This document shows, in pieces, positions 60,810-62,000 of a stretch of 62,000 nucleotides of DNA. The notes beneath the pieces were generated by a model. That model worked only from the letters and a program-made list of their open reading frames with translations. It did not search any database and was not told the DNA's origin. The DNA lies in assembly GCF_004010195.1 (NCBI RefSeq), contig NC_057750.1, positions 16,369,241 through 16,431,240 on the forward strand, in the 5' to 3' direction. Every line of letters begins with the position of its first letter. Within the stretch, counting starts at the first letter, position 1. The DNA comes from Chiloscyllium plagiosum (taxonomy: Eukaryota). The translations under genes were made by a program, and so were the position numbers.

Positions 60810-61190
60810 AACAAAGGAAGAGAAGGAGTGGGCCATTTGGCCCGTCGAGCATGTTCCACCATTTATAATTTACTTTTAGTCTCAATTCCAATCTCGTGTC
60901 TGTTCCTCAAAACCCTTGACTCCGTTATCGATAACTAATCTAACTCAGATTTAAATATATACAATGGCGGAGCCTCTATTGTTCTTTAGTGAAGTGAATT
61001 TCACATACTAATAACCGTGTACGAGAAGACATTTCTCCTGATAATAAAGATCTCTTATTTTCAAACTGAGCCCCTTAGTTCCAGGTCCTTCACGATGAGA
61101 AACATCCTCTCACAGTCTACACTGTCAAGCCTCCTCAGAAGCTGATTTGTTTCAAAAAAATCTCATCCCCGTCTTATGCACCCTAATGAA
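60810..61190 (-). mobile_element. CR1 3' fragment
   Basis: Similar to the 9060-9500 tail region. Confidence 0.7.
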
Positions 61191-61399
61191 AAAAATAATG
61201 CAGGACTAGAGGGAAAAGGCTAGTGGGAGGTTAGGTGAATTCCCCTTGCACAGCCAAAACAAACTGAATGGCCGTCTTTGTGTGGAAACCACGCTATAAT
61301 TCTATATATGTACACCCAAGGAACACAGAAAATTAGCATGCAGAGAAAGTAATTTCTTCGAATACAAATGGCGTCTTGGTCTCATTATACATGCATTTA

Positions 61400-61690
61400 T
61401 ATGAGTGAGTCTGTGTTCGTGCGTGTATGTATATATACATACATCAGGCTTAATAGGTGTGTATCTGCATTTATATTTGTCTGTATCTCTGTGTAGTGTG
61501 TATGTGTCAACCTTTAAACGTGATTGCGTTTTTATGTGTGTGAGAGTGTGGGAGTATGTGTATATGTGAGTGTCAGTGTGTGATTGGGCATGGGGGTGTG
61601 TTTGTGTGAGTGTATGTGAAAGCGTGTGTATGTGAGTGTATGTGAAAGCATGTGTATGCATGTGGGCATCAGTGTGCATGTATGTATCTG
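61400..61690. repeat. Degenerate (GT)n/(GTAT)n low-complexity tract
   Basis: Read directly. Confidence 0.9.
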
Positions 61691-62000
61691 CACTTATAGG
61701 TGGCTGTCTGTCTATCCTCAACTCCATAAATATAAAACCACATGTGCAGTCCCTCTCAATTACTTAACACATTAATGCAATTGTAATCTTCACTCACTAA
61801 CTGTTGTGTTACAATTTTACAAAGAGAGACACACATGCTGGATATGAGATTAGAATTCCCATGTTTAAAGGTAAGTTAAGTTTACAATGAAAATCATGTC
61901 AGAATTATTAGTAAAATCATTAACACATTAGTTAAGGGTGTTCCATTGTGTGAACAGCAGACCTGTGGCTGGAATAGGTGGTTGAAAGGTTCAGTTAATG

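Noticed and set aside
61302..61727. 141-aa HT-rich ORF
   Set aside because: (CA)n low-complexity translation.

Overview
Vertebrate genomic DNA, almost certainly from a cartilaginous fish (HE1/V-SINEs with (TAATC)n tails, shark-type CR1 LINEs and Penelope elements suggest a shark; the lineage is my inference). The window is intronic/intergenic and mostly nested, decayed transposons: CR1-type LINEs, three SINE families, Penelope-like elements (PLEs, GIY-YIG), solo LTRs, a complete Tigger, a pogo relic and a Ty1/copia RT relic. It also has a 33-bp minisatellite, GT-rich arrays and a 151-N gap. No intact gene is recognisable. Nearly all ORFs in the track are TE fragments, antisense shadows or repeat artefacts; a few low-confidence host exons are proposed. 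Main signal: at least three unrelated families of short, TSD-bounded, inverted (hairpin) PLE-derived insertions each carry a minimal hammerhead ribozyme motif (CUGANGA-A-stem II-GAAA, palindromic 2-bp stem III, NUH site) whose stems covary between families. All coordinates, alignments and translations were read by eye, so boundaries of old elements are approximate.
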